Part shown: positions 27,341 to 38,214 of the stretch, in pieces
How the letters are laid out: every line of letters starts with the position of its first letter
How positions within the stretch are numbered: position 1 is the first letter of the stretch
Origin: Octopus sinensis
Lineage: Eukaryota
DNA: 64,000 nt
Reading direction: 5' to 3'
Assembly: GCF_006345805.1 (NCBI RefSeq)
Contig: NC_043004.1
Span: 90,086,001-90,150,000, forward strand
The notes under the pieces: generated by a model
Databases searched by the model: none
What the model saw: only the letters and a program-made list of their open reading frames with translations
What the model was told of the DNA's origin: nothing
Translations under genes and position numbers: made by a program

Positions 27341-29592
27341 AGTCAGGTAGTCAAGGCAATTAGAAGCATGAAGACAGGGAAAGTCCCAGGCCCATCAGGA
27401 ATTAATGCAGAGATGCTCAAAATATCTGGCACTGTCAGCTATAGCCTAGTCACCCGTATAGTTAACCAGGTGATACACGAAGGAGTCATACCCAATGACT
27501 GAGGTAGCAGCATAATAGTTAACTGCTACAAAAGTAAAGGTGACGCCCTAGATACAAATAATTACGGAGGTATCAAGTTGTTGGATCAGGTAATGAAGGT
27601 TACAGAGAGGGTCATAGCCCAAATTATTAGGGAGAGAGTCAACTTGGATGAGATGCAGTTTGGTTTCGTACCAGTGAAAAGTACCACTGATGCCATATTT
27701 CTGGTATGACAGCTGCAGGAGAAATATCTGGCCAAAGATAAGCCCCTGTACTTGGCTTTCGTTGACATGGAGAAAGCCTTTGACAGAGTCCCCCGATCCC
27801 TTATCTGGTGGTCAATGAGGAAACTAGGGATAGATGAATGGTTAGTGAGAGCTGTGCAAGCCATGTACAGGGACGCTGCTAGTAAGATAAGGGTTGGCAA
27901 CGAGTACACTGAAGAATCCAAGGTAGAGGTTGGGGTCCACCAGGGTTCAGTCCTCAGCCCCCTCCTATGTATCATAGTCCTCCAGGCAATAACAGAGGAA
28001 TTCCAGACAGGATGCCCCTGGGATCTCCTCTATGCTGATGACCTTGCACTAATCACTGAGTCGCTATCAGAACTAGAGGAACAGTTTCAAGTGTGGAAGC
28101 AAGGATTAGAATCGAAGGGCCTTAGAATCAACCTAGCTAAAACCAAAGTCCTAATAAGTAGGAAGGCAGGCAAACCAAAAATCCCTTCAGGTAGATGGCC
28201 CTGCTCGATCTGTAGTTAAGGTGTAGGTAGAAACTCTATAAGATGTACCCAGTGTAAGCTATGGACACATAAGAGGTGCAGTAATATCAAAGGAAGGCTA
28301 ACTGGGAAGATAGTTTTTGTATGTGGCAGATGCTCGGGAGCGATAAACACTGAAAATGCGCAGAGACCAACTTCCACCACATTCCAGGGAGAAAAACTAG
28401 AAGTAGTTGATAGCTTCCGTTATCTAGGTGACCAAATCAGTAGCAGAGGAGGGTGCACTGAAAGTGTAGCTGCTAGGATAAGAATAGCTTGGGCAAAGTT
28501 CAGAGAGCTCTTACCTCTGCTGGTGACAAAGGGCCTCTTGTTCAGAGTAAAAGGTAAACTGTATGATACATGTGTACGAACAGCCATGCTACATGGCAGT
28601 GAAACATGGGCCATGAGTGCTGAGGACATGCGTAAGCTCGCAAGGAATGAAGCCAGTATGATCCGATGGATGTGTAATGTCAGTGTGCATACTCAACAGA
28701 GTGCAAGTACCTTGAGAGAAAAGTTGGACCTAAGAAGCATTAGATGTGGTGTGCAAGAGAGACAACTGCGCTGGTATGGTCATGTGGTGAGAATGGATGA
28801 GGATAGTTGTGTGAAAAAGTGCCACACCCTAGCCGTTGAGGGAACCTGTGGAAGAGGCAGACCCAGGAAGACCTGGGATGAAGTGGTAAAGCACGACCTT
28901 CGAACAGTAGGCCTCACCAAGGAAATGACTAGCAACCGAGACCTTTAGAAATATGCTGTGCTCGGGAAGACCCGGCAAGCCAGATGAAACCATAACTCGT
29001 GGCCTATGGCAGGAGCATAACCAGCCCACTTATGCGTAGCTTTTCCTTCTTTGGTCACTAAACTTTGCTTGCAAAGACCTGTTGAGGCAAGTGAAATCAA
29101 ATCAAATCAAAATCAAAATCACTTCGATGACTGGCATCCGTGGTAGTGGGGTGCAAAGAGCACCATACGAGTGTGATCGTTGACAGAGCGGCTTTTCGAG
29201 TATGATCGTTACCAGTGTCGCCTTACTGGCACTTATGCCTGTGCTAGTAGGGTGCCAAGAATACCATCTGAGTGTGATCGTTGCCAGAGCAGCCAACTGG
29301 CTTCCGTACCCGTGGCACGTAAAAGGACACCATTTGAGTGTGATCGTTACCAACGTCGCTTCACTGGCACTTGTGCCGGTGGGCATGTGTAAAAAGATTC
29401 GAGCGAGGTCATTGCCAGTACCGCCTGACTGGCCCCCGTGCAGGTGGCACGTAAAAAGCACCCACTACACTCCAGCTGTAGAAATTCTGCCAGATCAAGA
29501 CTGGAGCCTGGTGCAGCCATCTGGTTGCCAGCCCTCAGTCAAAACAGTCCAACCCATGCTAGCATGGAAAACGGATGTTAAATGATGATGAT

Positions 29593-29593
<1 letters not shown>
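27341..29593 (+). mobile_element. RTE-type LINE relic including the RT domain
   Basis: AFVDMEKAFDRVPR...GVHQGSVLSP...LLYADDL; stops and frameshifts; (GAT)n tail. Confidence 0.92.
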
Positions 29594-29628
<35 letters not shown>

Positions 29629-30876
29629 TATATACACACCACAATAATCTTTCGTATTTATATGATAATGCTAAGCCTAAAACGTTGCGTAATTACACCA
29701 TTCACTGGTTGCAAAAGTCTTCAAATTTAGAAGCTAAATACTACAAAAACTTCAACAGTAACACATATTGTGTGTGTGTGTGTGTGTAAATATCTATCAC
29801 CATCAGCATCATTTAACACTCATCTTCTATGCTAGCATGGGTTGGATGGTTTGACAAGAGCTGGCAAGTGAGCGAGCTGCTCTAGGCTCTGCTGTCTGCT
29901 TTTGGCATGGTTTCTATGGTATATATATTTATACACACACACACTACCACCACCATCATCATCATCATCATTACTTTAACATCCACTTTTCTATGCTTGT
30001 ATGGATCAGATGCAATTTGTCGAGGTGGATTTCTTACAGCTAGATGCCCCCCTCCTATCGTCAACCCTTGCCTGTTTCCAAATAAAGTAATATTTCTCCA
30101 TGGCCAGATGTGTTTTCGTAGAAGATTGGAAATGAAGTCCACCACTTGTATGACACTGACACTCATTTAAAACTATCATGTGAAGCCAGGGCAAGCGAAC
30201 AGCAACACACACACACACACACACATTCTTTTTTTAGGCATGGTGAATCCCAAAGCAAATAAAACTATAAATAACAGCTTGTAAATACTGGATTAAAAAC
30301 CATTTGGAAAGAAAAAGTTTAGAAATTATATGATGTTATTTACAGCCTATTTGCTTCAAGATCCACTGTTCCTTAAAAGGAATTACTTCAAACTTTCTAA
30401 ATTTTTGACATCAACAAAACATGTGTAAATGTGTGTTTACCTGTATACACAACAGATTCCTTTCAGTTTCCATGTACCAAATCTACTTACAAAGCTCTGG
30501 TCAGTGCAAGGCTATAGTAGAAGATACTTAGTGCCACACAGAGCAACTGAACCCAGAATCCTTTGGTTGGAAGCAAATTCCTTACCACACAGCTACACCT
30601 ATAAGGTAGGGAGGAAGAGGGGAAGGAAGAAAAGACAGGTAGATGGATGGACATAAAATGTATATCCATGCATAGATATCCTTTTATTACCTACTTCCCT
30701 GTCACCCTCTATCATTCTACTATTGCTGTGACCCTAACAGCTTGACATCCTCTCATCTCTCACTTTTTTGACACTTTTAGCTATTCAAGATAAATAGGTA
30801 GATAAATATATATATATTCAAAATGTGACCGCGTGTGTACTGTTGGCGATTTTTTTCCCTCTGTCTTCCCTTCTAT

Positions 30877-30911
30877 GTTTCTGACGAAGAGCTCCGCTCG
30901 AAATGTTAAAC
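30877..30911 (+). ncRNA. Degenerate minimal hammerhead fold in a PLE-like repeat
   Basis: GUUU-CUGACGA-A-GAGC-UCC-GCUC-GAAA-UGU-U-AAAC. Helix III AUGU is probably a CpG-decayed ACGU. Confidence 0.45.
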
Positions 30912-31588
30912 CCTCCTTCTTCCCTTCCTTCCTGAGCGTCCAATAATACTATATTTGTTCCACGTCCTCGCATTGTTGTGTTTTCTCTTTGTGTTTTCAT
31001 GTTTGGATTAACTTTATATATATATATATATATACACATTATGTATACATATATACATGTGTGTGTATGGAAGTAGGATAATAAATGAAAAGGAAAGCTT
31101 CTAACAAAGCAGAGATGAGTTGAAAAACCTTTATATATTTTAGGAGAAAATATACATATATATATATATATATGCCAGGCTTCTTTCACTTTCTGTCTAC
31201 CGAATCCACTCACAAGGTTTTAGTCAACCTAAGGCTATAATAGAAGATGCTTGTCCAAGGTACCACACAGTGGGACTGAACCTGAAAATATGTGATTGGG
31301 GGGGGACTTCTCACTGCACAGTCATGTCTGAGCATATACACACACACAAACACATGCATATGTATGATTGATTGATTGATTCTAGTTTCAGCTCATGAGC
31401 TGTGGCCATGCTGGGGCACATGTATAATATATCACAATTATAAGTAAACATCACATGCTGATGGACATAATATGGATGATGTTTACTGTCAGATACTATT
31501 TCATAAAACACAGGTTCTAATTTTGGATTTTTCTTATTGAATCAAAGTTTTTTTAAATTAAGAAAAAATTTAACAGCTTCCAGTTTAC

Positions 31589-31639
31589 CTGCAGTTGGGT
31601 GGTGGATCCAGAGTTATCTCAGCCAATTCTTTCTGAATG
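31589..31639 (-). CDS. UBE2E: UBE2E coding exon 2 (51 nt, IQKELAEITLDPPPNCS)
   Basis: Not in the ORF track; found by reading the minus strand: tttatag|C ATT CAG AAA GAA TTG GCT GAG ATA ACT CTG GAT CCA CCA CCC AAC TGC AG|gtaaac. Phases join exon 1 (CG+C=Arg) and exon 3 (AG+T=Ser). Confidence 0.95.
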
Positions 31640-32588
31640 CTATAAAGAAAATAGGTTCAGATTTCAGGACAGACTTAGCAACAGTAGTAACTTAGAAATA
31701 GAAGGAATTAGAAAGAAATTAAGAAAAATTTTAAAGAATTTTGGTCTTTTGTTTTCAATAGGGAACAATCTTACACTAGTTGACACATTAGAATTGAATA
31801 TTAGTCTTTTATATCTATTTCACAAACAAGAATTACATCAATACACTTTCCAATCACCCTAAAACTATAATTAGTTTTATTATTAAAGGTATTTTAACTA
31901 GAATATCTAAATTGTTGGCTTGTATGGAAATTTTTAGAGTGTGCAATTTACTATGTCAAGGTACTAAGTAAACCTGAATATATAAAGAAAAAATAAGATA
32001 TATCTTGACAATGATAACTTACTAAAACCAATGTACATGATTACAATTAAATGTATGAAACCAGAAACAAAATAAAGAATTAAGCTAACGACTACACTAC
32101 TATAAACATACAACTAAAAATCAATGGCCCCTCCCCTCTCAAAGGATTTTTGTCTTGCAAGTTACTTGGTGAGCCTGCCAGTGCTGATGCCACATAAAAA
32201 GCATCCAGTCCACACTGTAAAGTGGTTGGCATTTGGAAGATTATCCAGCTGTAAAAACCTTGCCATAACTGACCTTGCCTGTGCTTATGCTACATAAAAA
32301 GCACTGTCCACTCTACTGGATCATTGATGTTAGGAAGGGCATCCAGCAGCAAAAACCATGCCAAAACAGACACAGAAATCTGGTGCAGGCTCCTGTCAAA
32401 CCATCCAATCCATACCAGCATGAAAGGCGGACATTAAACAATGATGATGATGAAGTCTAATAATTCTAAGAATGTTGTAAAAAGTAAAGATTTACATAGC
32501 CTACATACCTCTAATATGAATAAACCTTCTAATAAGAAATCATCTCATGAGAATTCCCAATTGGATTGAGTGGAGAAACATCCTGACA

Positions 32589-32712
32589 AATACCATAACT
32601 ATACCAACACTAACATCAACAGCACTTTGAATACCCAACCTAAAAATGGTAATACCATAACTATACCAACACTAACATCAACAGCACTTTGAATACCCAA
32701 CCTAAAAATGGT
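32589..32712 (+). repeat. Perfect 62-bp tandem duplication
   Basis: aataccataact...cctaaaaatggt x2. Confidence 0.95.
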
Positions 32713-32729
32713 AATAATAAACTATATAT

Positions 32730-32920
32730 GAAAGATATTGTGGTATGATCTTCCTTATGCAGCAAATTTAATTTCTCAAAAACCAAAAATATTTTTCAGA
32801 GCTTTAGAATATAATTTCACCCATTCTTGTTAATATAGAATATTTTCAATAAACATACCATCAACCTTTCCTATTCCACTAACTTAGACAATATTGTTGC
32901 TATTAGCCATAGTATATTGA
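32730..32920 (+). pseudogene. Penelope-like RT thumb/linker relic
   Basis: WYDLPYAAN...IFFRALEYNF..., then NKHTINLSYST in a shifted frame, resembling the PLE WFNPPY...IFNRNTIKISYSC motif. Confidence 0.5.
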
Positions 32921-33276
32921 AAAATTTGTTCCTTACTACAAATAATAATGTAGATACCTACAACTGGGTTACTACTTCTTTATTTAAACCTTGTTCTAAT
33001 AGGCATCAATTGAATAAATATAGTAACAAGAATAAGTTGGAACATCAAGTTATCTTATCACACATGAATTCCTCTATTGATAACAAAAATAAAGGTAATG
33101 TACTGGATGGAGGTAGTGAGGTCAACTATAAATTTACCTATCACACCCTGTATATGGATTGTTTATAGTGGGGTAAAATTTTACATTTTAACAAAAAGTC
33201 AAAATTTGGAGAAAGAGTGCTTTCATCCTCTTCAGGGATTCATCATGAATTATGGGCTCACATTGATTGATTTTGC

Positions 33277-33307
<31 letters not shown>

Positions 33308-33340
33308 TATATATATACACACACATATATACACATAATT

Positions 33341-33902
33341 ATAATTAGGGTTCAGCTAACTGCTTCACCACATACCAAATTTAGAAATAGGAGTTAAAAT
33401 TCCTTTTCTGCTACTATAAGAACCTCTATGACAGTAAAGATACTTTTTTATGAAGGCAAAGAGAAAAACAATGAATCAACATGACCAGGATTAATTATAT
33501 ATGCGTTTCGAGATTAAAGCGATTTAAATTTTACTTACTTCTCTCTTCAGTATAATATTTCCAGTTTTTTATAAAATTTGAAAGTGCTAGGGCTGAATAT
33601 GCACACAATCGAGTGTCATCACGCAACAGATATCCAACCAACACTTCCAAAATTTACAGACCCGAATGTGAATACACTATTCAAACTCTTTACCCACATG
33701 TATGCTACGAGCAATACCACAGAAAACTGCAGTATTCTACCATGGAGTAAATTATAATTCTAAATTAATAATAGAAGGGTAAAATTTATTAATCAAATTA
33801 ATTAATTAATCAATTAATTAATAATTAGAGTTTAGCTAATTGCTTCACCACATACCGAATTTAGAAATAGGAGTTAAAATTCCTTTTCTGCTACTATAAG
33901 AA

Positions 33903-33934
<32 letters not shown>

Positions 33935-34004
33935 CCCACACATATATATTAATTACTTGATTAATTAATTAATTAATTTAATTAATAAACTTTACCCTTC
34001 TATT
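33341..34004. repeat. Composite direct plus inverted repeat unit (82-bp DR at 33341/33821; IR 33768-33819 / 33950-34004)
   Basis: 480-bp period direct repeat containing the 33494-33556 hammerhead. Confidence 0.75.
33494..33556 (-). ncRNA. Minimal type I hammerhead ribozyme fold, canonical core
   Basis: Helix I AUUAUA/UAUAAU; CUGAAGA; helix II GAGA/UCUC; GAAA; helix III ACGCAU (one change from the palindrome ACGCGU); A17. Confidence 0.6.
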
Positions 34005-34021
34005 AACGTCCATTTTCTATG

Positions 34022-34409
34022 CTATGAGACATTTAGAAATTCAATATTTCTAATTACGGTGACCAGTGAATAGATTTCACTGTAAATATATATATTTGCA
34101 GAGGCTTCGCAGGTATCACCGCTAGCGGGACTCACTACTCTGCGCTGACGACGGGCAAGACACAGAAACATGCATGTCTTCAGGTTGCTAGTCTTAGCTG
34201 GTGGGGGTGCTTGCCTCCCCCTTTGCAAATATAAGGACACAGGAAATGTGTCAAAGCCGACAGGAAGCGTCGATGCTTCCTAGGGCTATATAGCAGTGGT
34301 GTAATTCCCTTTACGGGACCGTCACGCTATGTTGACATTATACAACCACTCTATCGCTCCACCACCGCTCCTGTCTCTATGAGACATTTAGAAATTCAAT
34401 ATTTCTAAT
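34022..34409. repeat. 355-bp unit bounded by a perfect 33-bp direct repeat
   Basis: ctatgagacatttagaaattcaatatttctaat at 34022-34054 and 34377-34409. Confidence 0.9.
34139..34184 (+). ncRNA. Degenerate type I hammerhead fold with palindromic helix III
   Basis: CUGACGA (34145-51), GAAA (34165-68), palindrome ACAUGCAUGU (34168-77), GUC triplet. Helix II and helix I are imperfect. Confidence 0.45.
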
Positions 34410-34510
34410 ATATATATATACATGTACATATATATATATATATATTGGTAAAAACGGTAAGATAACAAAAGAAAGAAAGAGACCTCAATACTATATAAAT
34501 AGAGGAAATT

Positions 34511-34733
34511 TATCTGTAAAATAATACGTTACAATTATTCGGTAGCCAAGATAAAACTCTGTATTTTGGATGCCGAGGTAGAAATCCACAACACCGTCTC
34601 TTTGGTTATCTGGCCATCTGAAAAACCAGATGGCCAGATAACCGAAGAGATGGTGTTGTGGATTTCCACCTCAGCATCCGAAACTCAGAGTTTTATCTTA
34701 GCTATTGAATAATTGTCACATATTATTTTACAG

Positions 34734-34736
<3 letters not shown>
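34511..34736. repeat. Palindrome with 110-bp arms and a 6-nt loop
   Basis: 34511-34620 versus 34627-34736; mismatches are mostly transitions. Confidence 0.92.
34636..34698 (+). ncRNA. Type I hammerhead fold, variant core CCGAAGA, in right arm of a palindrome
   Basis: Helix I AGAUAA/UUAUCU; CCGAAGA; long helix II GAUG...GUGG-AUUU-CCAC...CAUC plus one extra C; GAAA; helix III A-CUC-A-GAG-U; GUU triplet. Confidence 0.5.
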
Positions 34737-34773
<37 letters not shown>

Positions 34774-34954
34774 GTGGCACATAAACAGTATCATTTCAGC
34801 ATGGCTGTTGCCAGTACCACCAGACTGGCCCTCGTGGCACGTAAAAGCACCCACTACACTCTTGGAGTGGTTGGCGTTAGGAAGGGCATCTAGCTCTAGA
34901 AACTCAGTCAAATCGTCCAACCCATGTTAGCATAGAAAGCGGATGTTAAACGAT

Positions 34955-35339
34955 GATGATGATGATGATATATATATACACATATATATACATACATATA
35001 TATATATATAAACATATATACACACACACATATATATATACACATATATATATATACGCGGAAAACGGACGTTAAACGATGATGATGATGATGATATACA
35101 TATATATATATACATATATATATACATATATATATATACATATATATATATGCATATATATATATACATATATATATATGCATATATATATACATATATA
35201 TATATATGCATATATATATACATATATATATATACACACACATACATATATATACACACACACATATATATACACACACACACATATATATACACACACA
35301 CATATATATACACACATATATACACACACACACATATAT

Positions 35340-35399
<60 letters not shown>

Positions 35400-35413
35400 C
35401 ACACATATATATA

Positions 35414-35459
<46 letters not shown>

Positions 35460-35482
35460 CATATATATATATATACATACAT
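34955..35482. repeat. (TA)n/(CA)n compound microsatellite
   Basis: Low-complexity dinucleotide array with short (GAT)n RTE tails inside. Confidence 0.95.
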
Positions 35483-35484
35483 AA

Positions 35485-35930
35485 CTTAGAAAGGTCTTGG
35501 CCAGTGTTGGCCCAGGCCATGTCTAACTTAATAGCATCACCTGGCGAAGTCTTTCAATTCAGGATTTGGGCACCAAGGCCCATTTGAGCAGAAAGTTATT
35601 GTTTGCAGAGACATATCCGGGTGTGGGTGGTCTGTCCAGGACTGTTTGAAGGAATTTGTCCAAAGACTTCTTAAATTTCGTGTGGTCAGTTTCTGTTTTG
35701 ATGTTGCCTGGTGTAATGTTGAAGAGGGCGGGTCCAACTGAGGTGAAATAATTTTGCCGTGTTGTTATGAGATGCAATACTCCCTTCCTTCTGGTGAAAT
35801 TCTCATGGCATCTAACAACATCAGAGACTTGGGAGTAACTGTGGACAACAACATAAGTTGGGCTACACATATAAGCTGCAAAGTTGACATGGCCCGCAGA
35901 ATTTGTTCCTGGATTCTATTGGAATAAGCT
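35485..35930. mobile_element. CR1-type LINE fragment with internal inversion
   Basis: 35485-35800 is the minus-strand 3' end (FKKSLDKFL); 35800-35930 is plus-strand RDLGVTVDNNISWATHI. Confidence 0.6.
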
Positions 35931-37272
35931 TTCTCATTTGTGCCAATAATCTTATCAGTTGTCATTTTTAAGTGTCAAAACGCTAGCTTCTTCATTCAGC
36001 ATTGAGACAACATAAAGTAGTATCGTAATAATGGTGAAAAGTAAAGAACTCACAAATTCAATGAAAAACTTAATTATTGAACAGTGGAAAGCAGGTAAAA
36101 GTTACAGGAAAATTTCAGAGACCCTTTGTATTCCATTTTCTACCATATCTTCATTTATTCAAGGATATAAAAAAATCAGGAACTGTTAGAAACAGAATAA
36201 GATCCGGTGCACCACGCAAGATTTCCCCAAGATCTTTAAGAAAAATGAGCAAAGAATCGGAAAAAACATAATGATCACCAGAAAGGAGTTGCAAGAAGAT
36301 TTGTTAGCTTCATGGACTAATGTTACACTACGAACAATCAGCAATGAACTTCATAGGAATGAACTGAAATCACACTCTCCTAGAAAAACTCTGCTGTTGA
36401 CTAAAAGGCATAGAGATGCCCGTTTAAAATTTGTTTATGAACATAAAGATAAATCTGATACATTCTGGGAAAATGTTCTATGGACAGACAAGTAGAAAAT
36501 TGAATTGTTTGGAAGAAATTCGCGTAGCCATGTTCGGAGGAAAGATGGTACCGCCTATTTGCCGAAAAACACAATTCCTACCGTAAAGTTTGGGTGGCAA
36601 CATCATGGTGTGGGGGTGTTTCTCTGCAAATGGTACTGGTAATTTACATGTGATAGATGGTAGAATGAATGCAGAGATGTACCAAAATATTTTGAACAAT
36701 GATTTATGGGACTCTGTAGAAAAGCTCCAGCTTTGTGAAGGGTGGGTTTTACAACAGGATAACGATCCTAAGCACACGACGAAGTCTACCAAAAAATGGA
36801 TTGTCGATCACAATATAAAATTATTAGAATGGCCAAGCCTGTTACCTGACTTGAACCCCATTGAAAATTTGTGGCATTATTTGAAATTTAAAATTCATTC
36901 AAGAGCCCCAACGTGCATTGCAGATTTGAAGAAAATTTGTCAAGAAGAATGGGAAAAAATTCCTAAAGAAACATGCGAGTCATTGATTAAGAACTACAAG
37001 AAGAGATTGGTTGAAGAGGAACTGAATAATGGTTATGCTACGAAGTATTAAATCAGAATTATCAGTTATTTATGTTGTGTACGAATACTTTTTCACCCCT
37101 AAATATTTATAATTGAGTATAAATTCCTTAGTTACTATAATTTATTAGTTTCTTTTGCATATTCTTAGTTTATGCATGTGTATGCAAATATAGTATTGGT
37201 ATATCCCATTTATGTTCATTAGAAATTAAATAAAGAATTTTGACATGCACGAATATTTATTTCCCCCCACTG
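35930..37272 (+). mobile_element. Tc1 (DD34E) transposon with pseudogenised transposase 36031-37051
   Basis: MVKSKELT...GKSYRKIS start; VLWTDK; GGNIMVWGCF; QQDNDPKH...PDLNPIENLW; right TIR ends ...ccccccactg|TA at 37272; left TIR not seen; frameshifts. Confidence 0.93.
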
Positions 37273-37375
37273 TATATATATATATATACATATATACCGG
37301 AGTAAACACATAAATGTGAAACAAGGTGGAAAAAAGAGTACTCAAATACCAGGGGTAGAGTAATATGCTTTATTT

Positions 37376-37428
37376 AACAAAACTGTCCGACGAACGGGAA
37401 CGTGAAACTCTGAGTAACAGGTTTTGTT
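37376..37428 (+). ncRNA. Minimal type I hammerhead ribozyme fold, variant core CCGACGA
   Basis: Helix I AACAAAACUGU/ACAG(G)UUUUGUU; core CCGACGA; helix II ACG-GGAA-CGU; GAAA; helix III A-CUC-U-GAG-U; GUA cleavage triplet. Confidence 0.65.
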
Positions 37429-37442
37429 GAATTTCTGCTGCT

Positions 37443-37595
37443 TTTGGCGTTAGGAAGGGCATCCAGCTGTAGAAACATTGCCAGATAAGACTGGAGCCTG
37501 GTGCAGCCTTCTGGCTTCCCAGATCCCCGGTCGAACCGTCCAACCCATGCTAGCATGGAGAACAGACGTTAAACGATGATGATGATGATGATGAT
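37443..37595 (+). mobile_element. Short RTE 3'-tail fragment
   Basis: Appears identical to ~44275-44425. Confidence 0.8.
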
Positions 37596-38214
37596 ATACA
37601 TATATATACATATTATTATAATAATTAGGGAAGATCAATTCCAGTGCCACAGAAATGAGACATTCAAATTAAAAATATTAAATTGAATTGCTCTCAATGA
37701 TTAATTCTTATATATCAAAATAGTGTTAGAGATAGAAACACCTACAACTTCATCAACTCCGAAAAGTATTAACTCAACCAAGCCATAAATTATTGAATAT
37801 TATACTTACTATTTCTATTCATAATCCAAAGATTTTCCCTATTACGGACTACACATGTTTCATGAGGGTACGTATGGTATTGTTAAGACACAAAGTCTCA
37901 TTCAAAAACTCATTATGTTTACACACTCCCAATCATTAGGTCTACTTTCCCCACATTTATAAATATATACCCCTTATATATCACTATGCTTGTCAAAATT
38001 TATTCCAAGTATATAAGTATAAATAAGTAAACACATAAATTCATGAACCTTATAAATTTAAGGAATAAAAACAGATATGAAATCCGGCTAAAAAATTCAA
38101 ATGAAAAACATGTGAATAAATCCATATAAAAATTACGAATAAAAAATACAAATAAAAATACGAAAAAATTAATAAGGTACTATAATAAAAATAAAAATAG
38201 AATGTAAAAAGTAA

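Noticed and set aside
36590-37051. 153-aa DDE ORF as an active or domesticated transposase
   Set aside because: Upstream portion has frameshifts and an in-frame stop, and the left TIR is missing.
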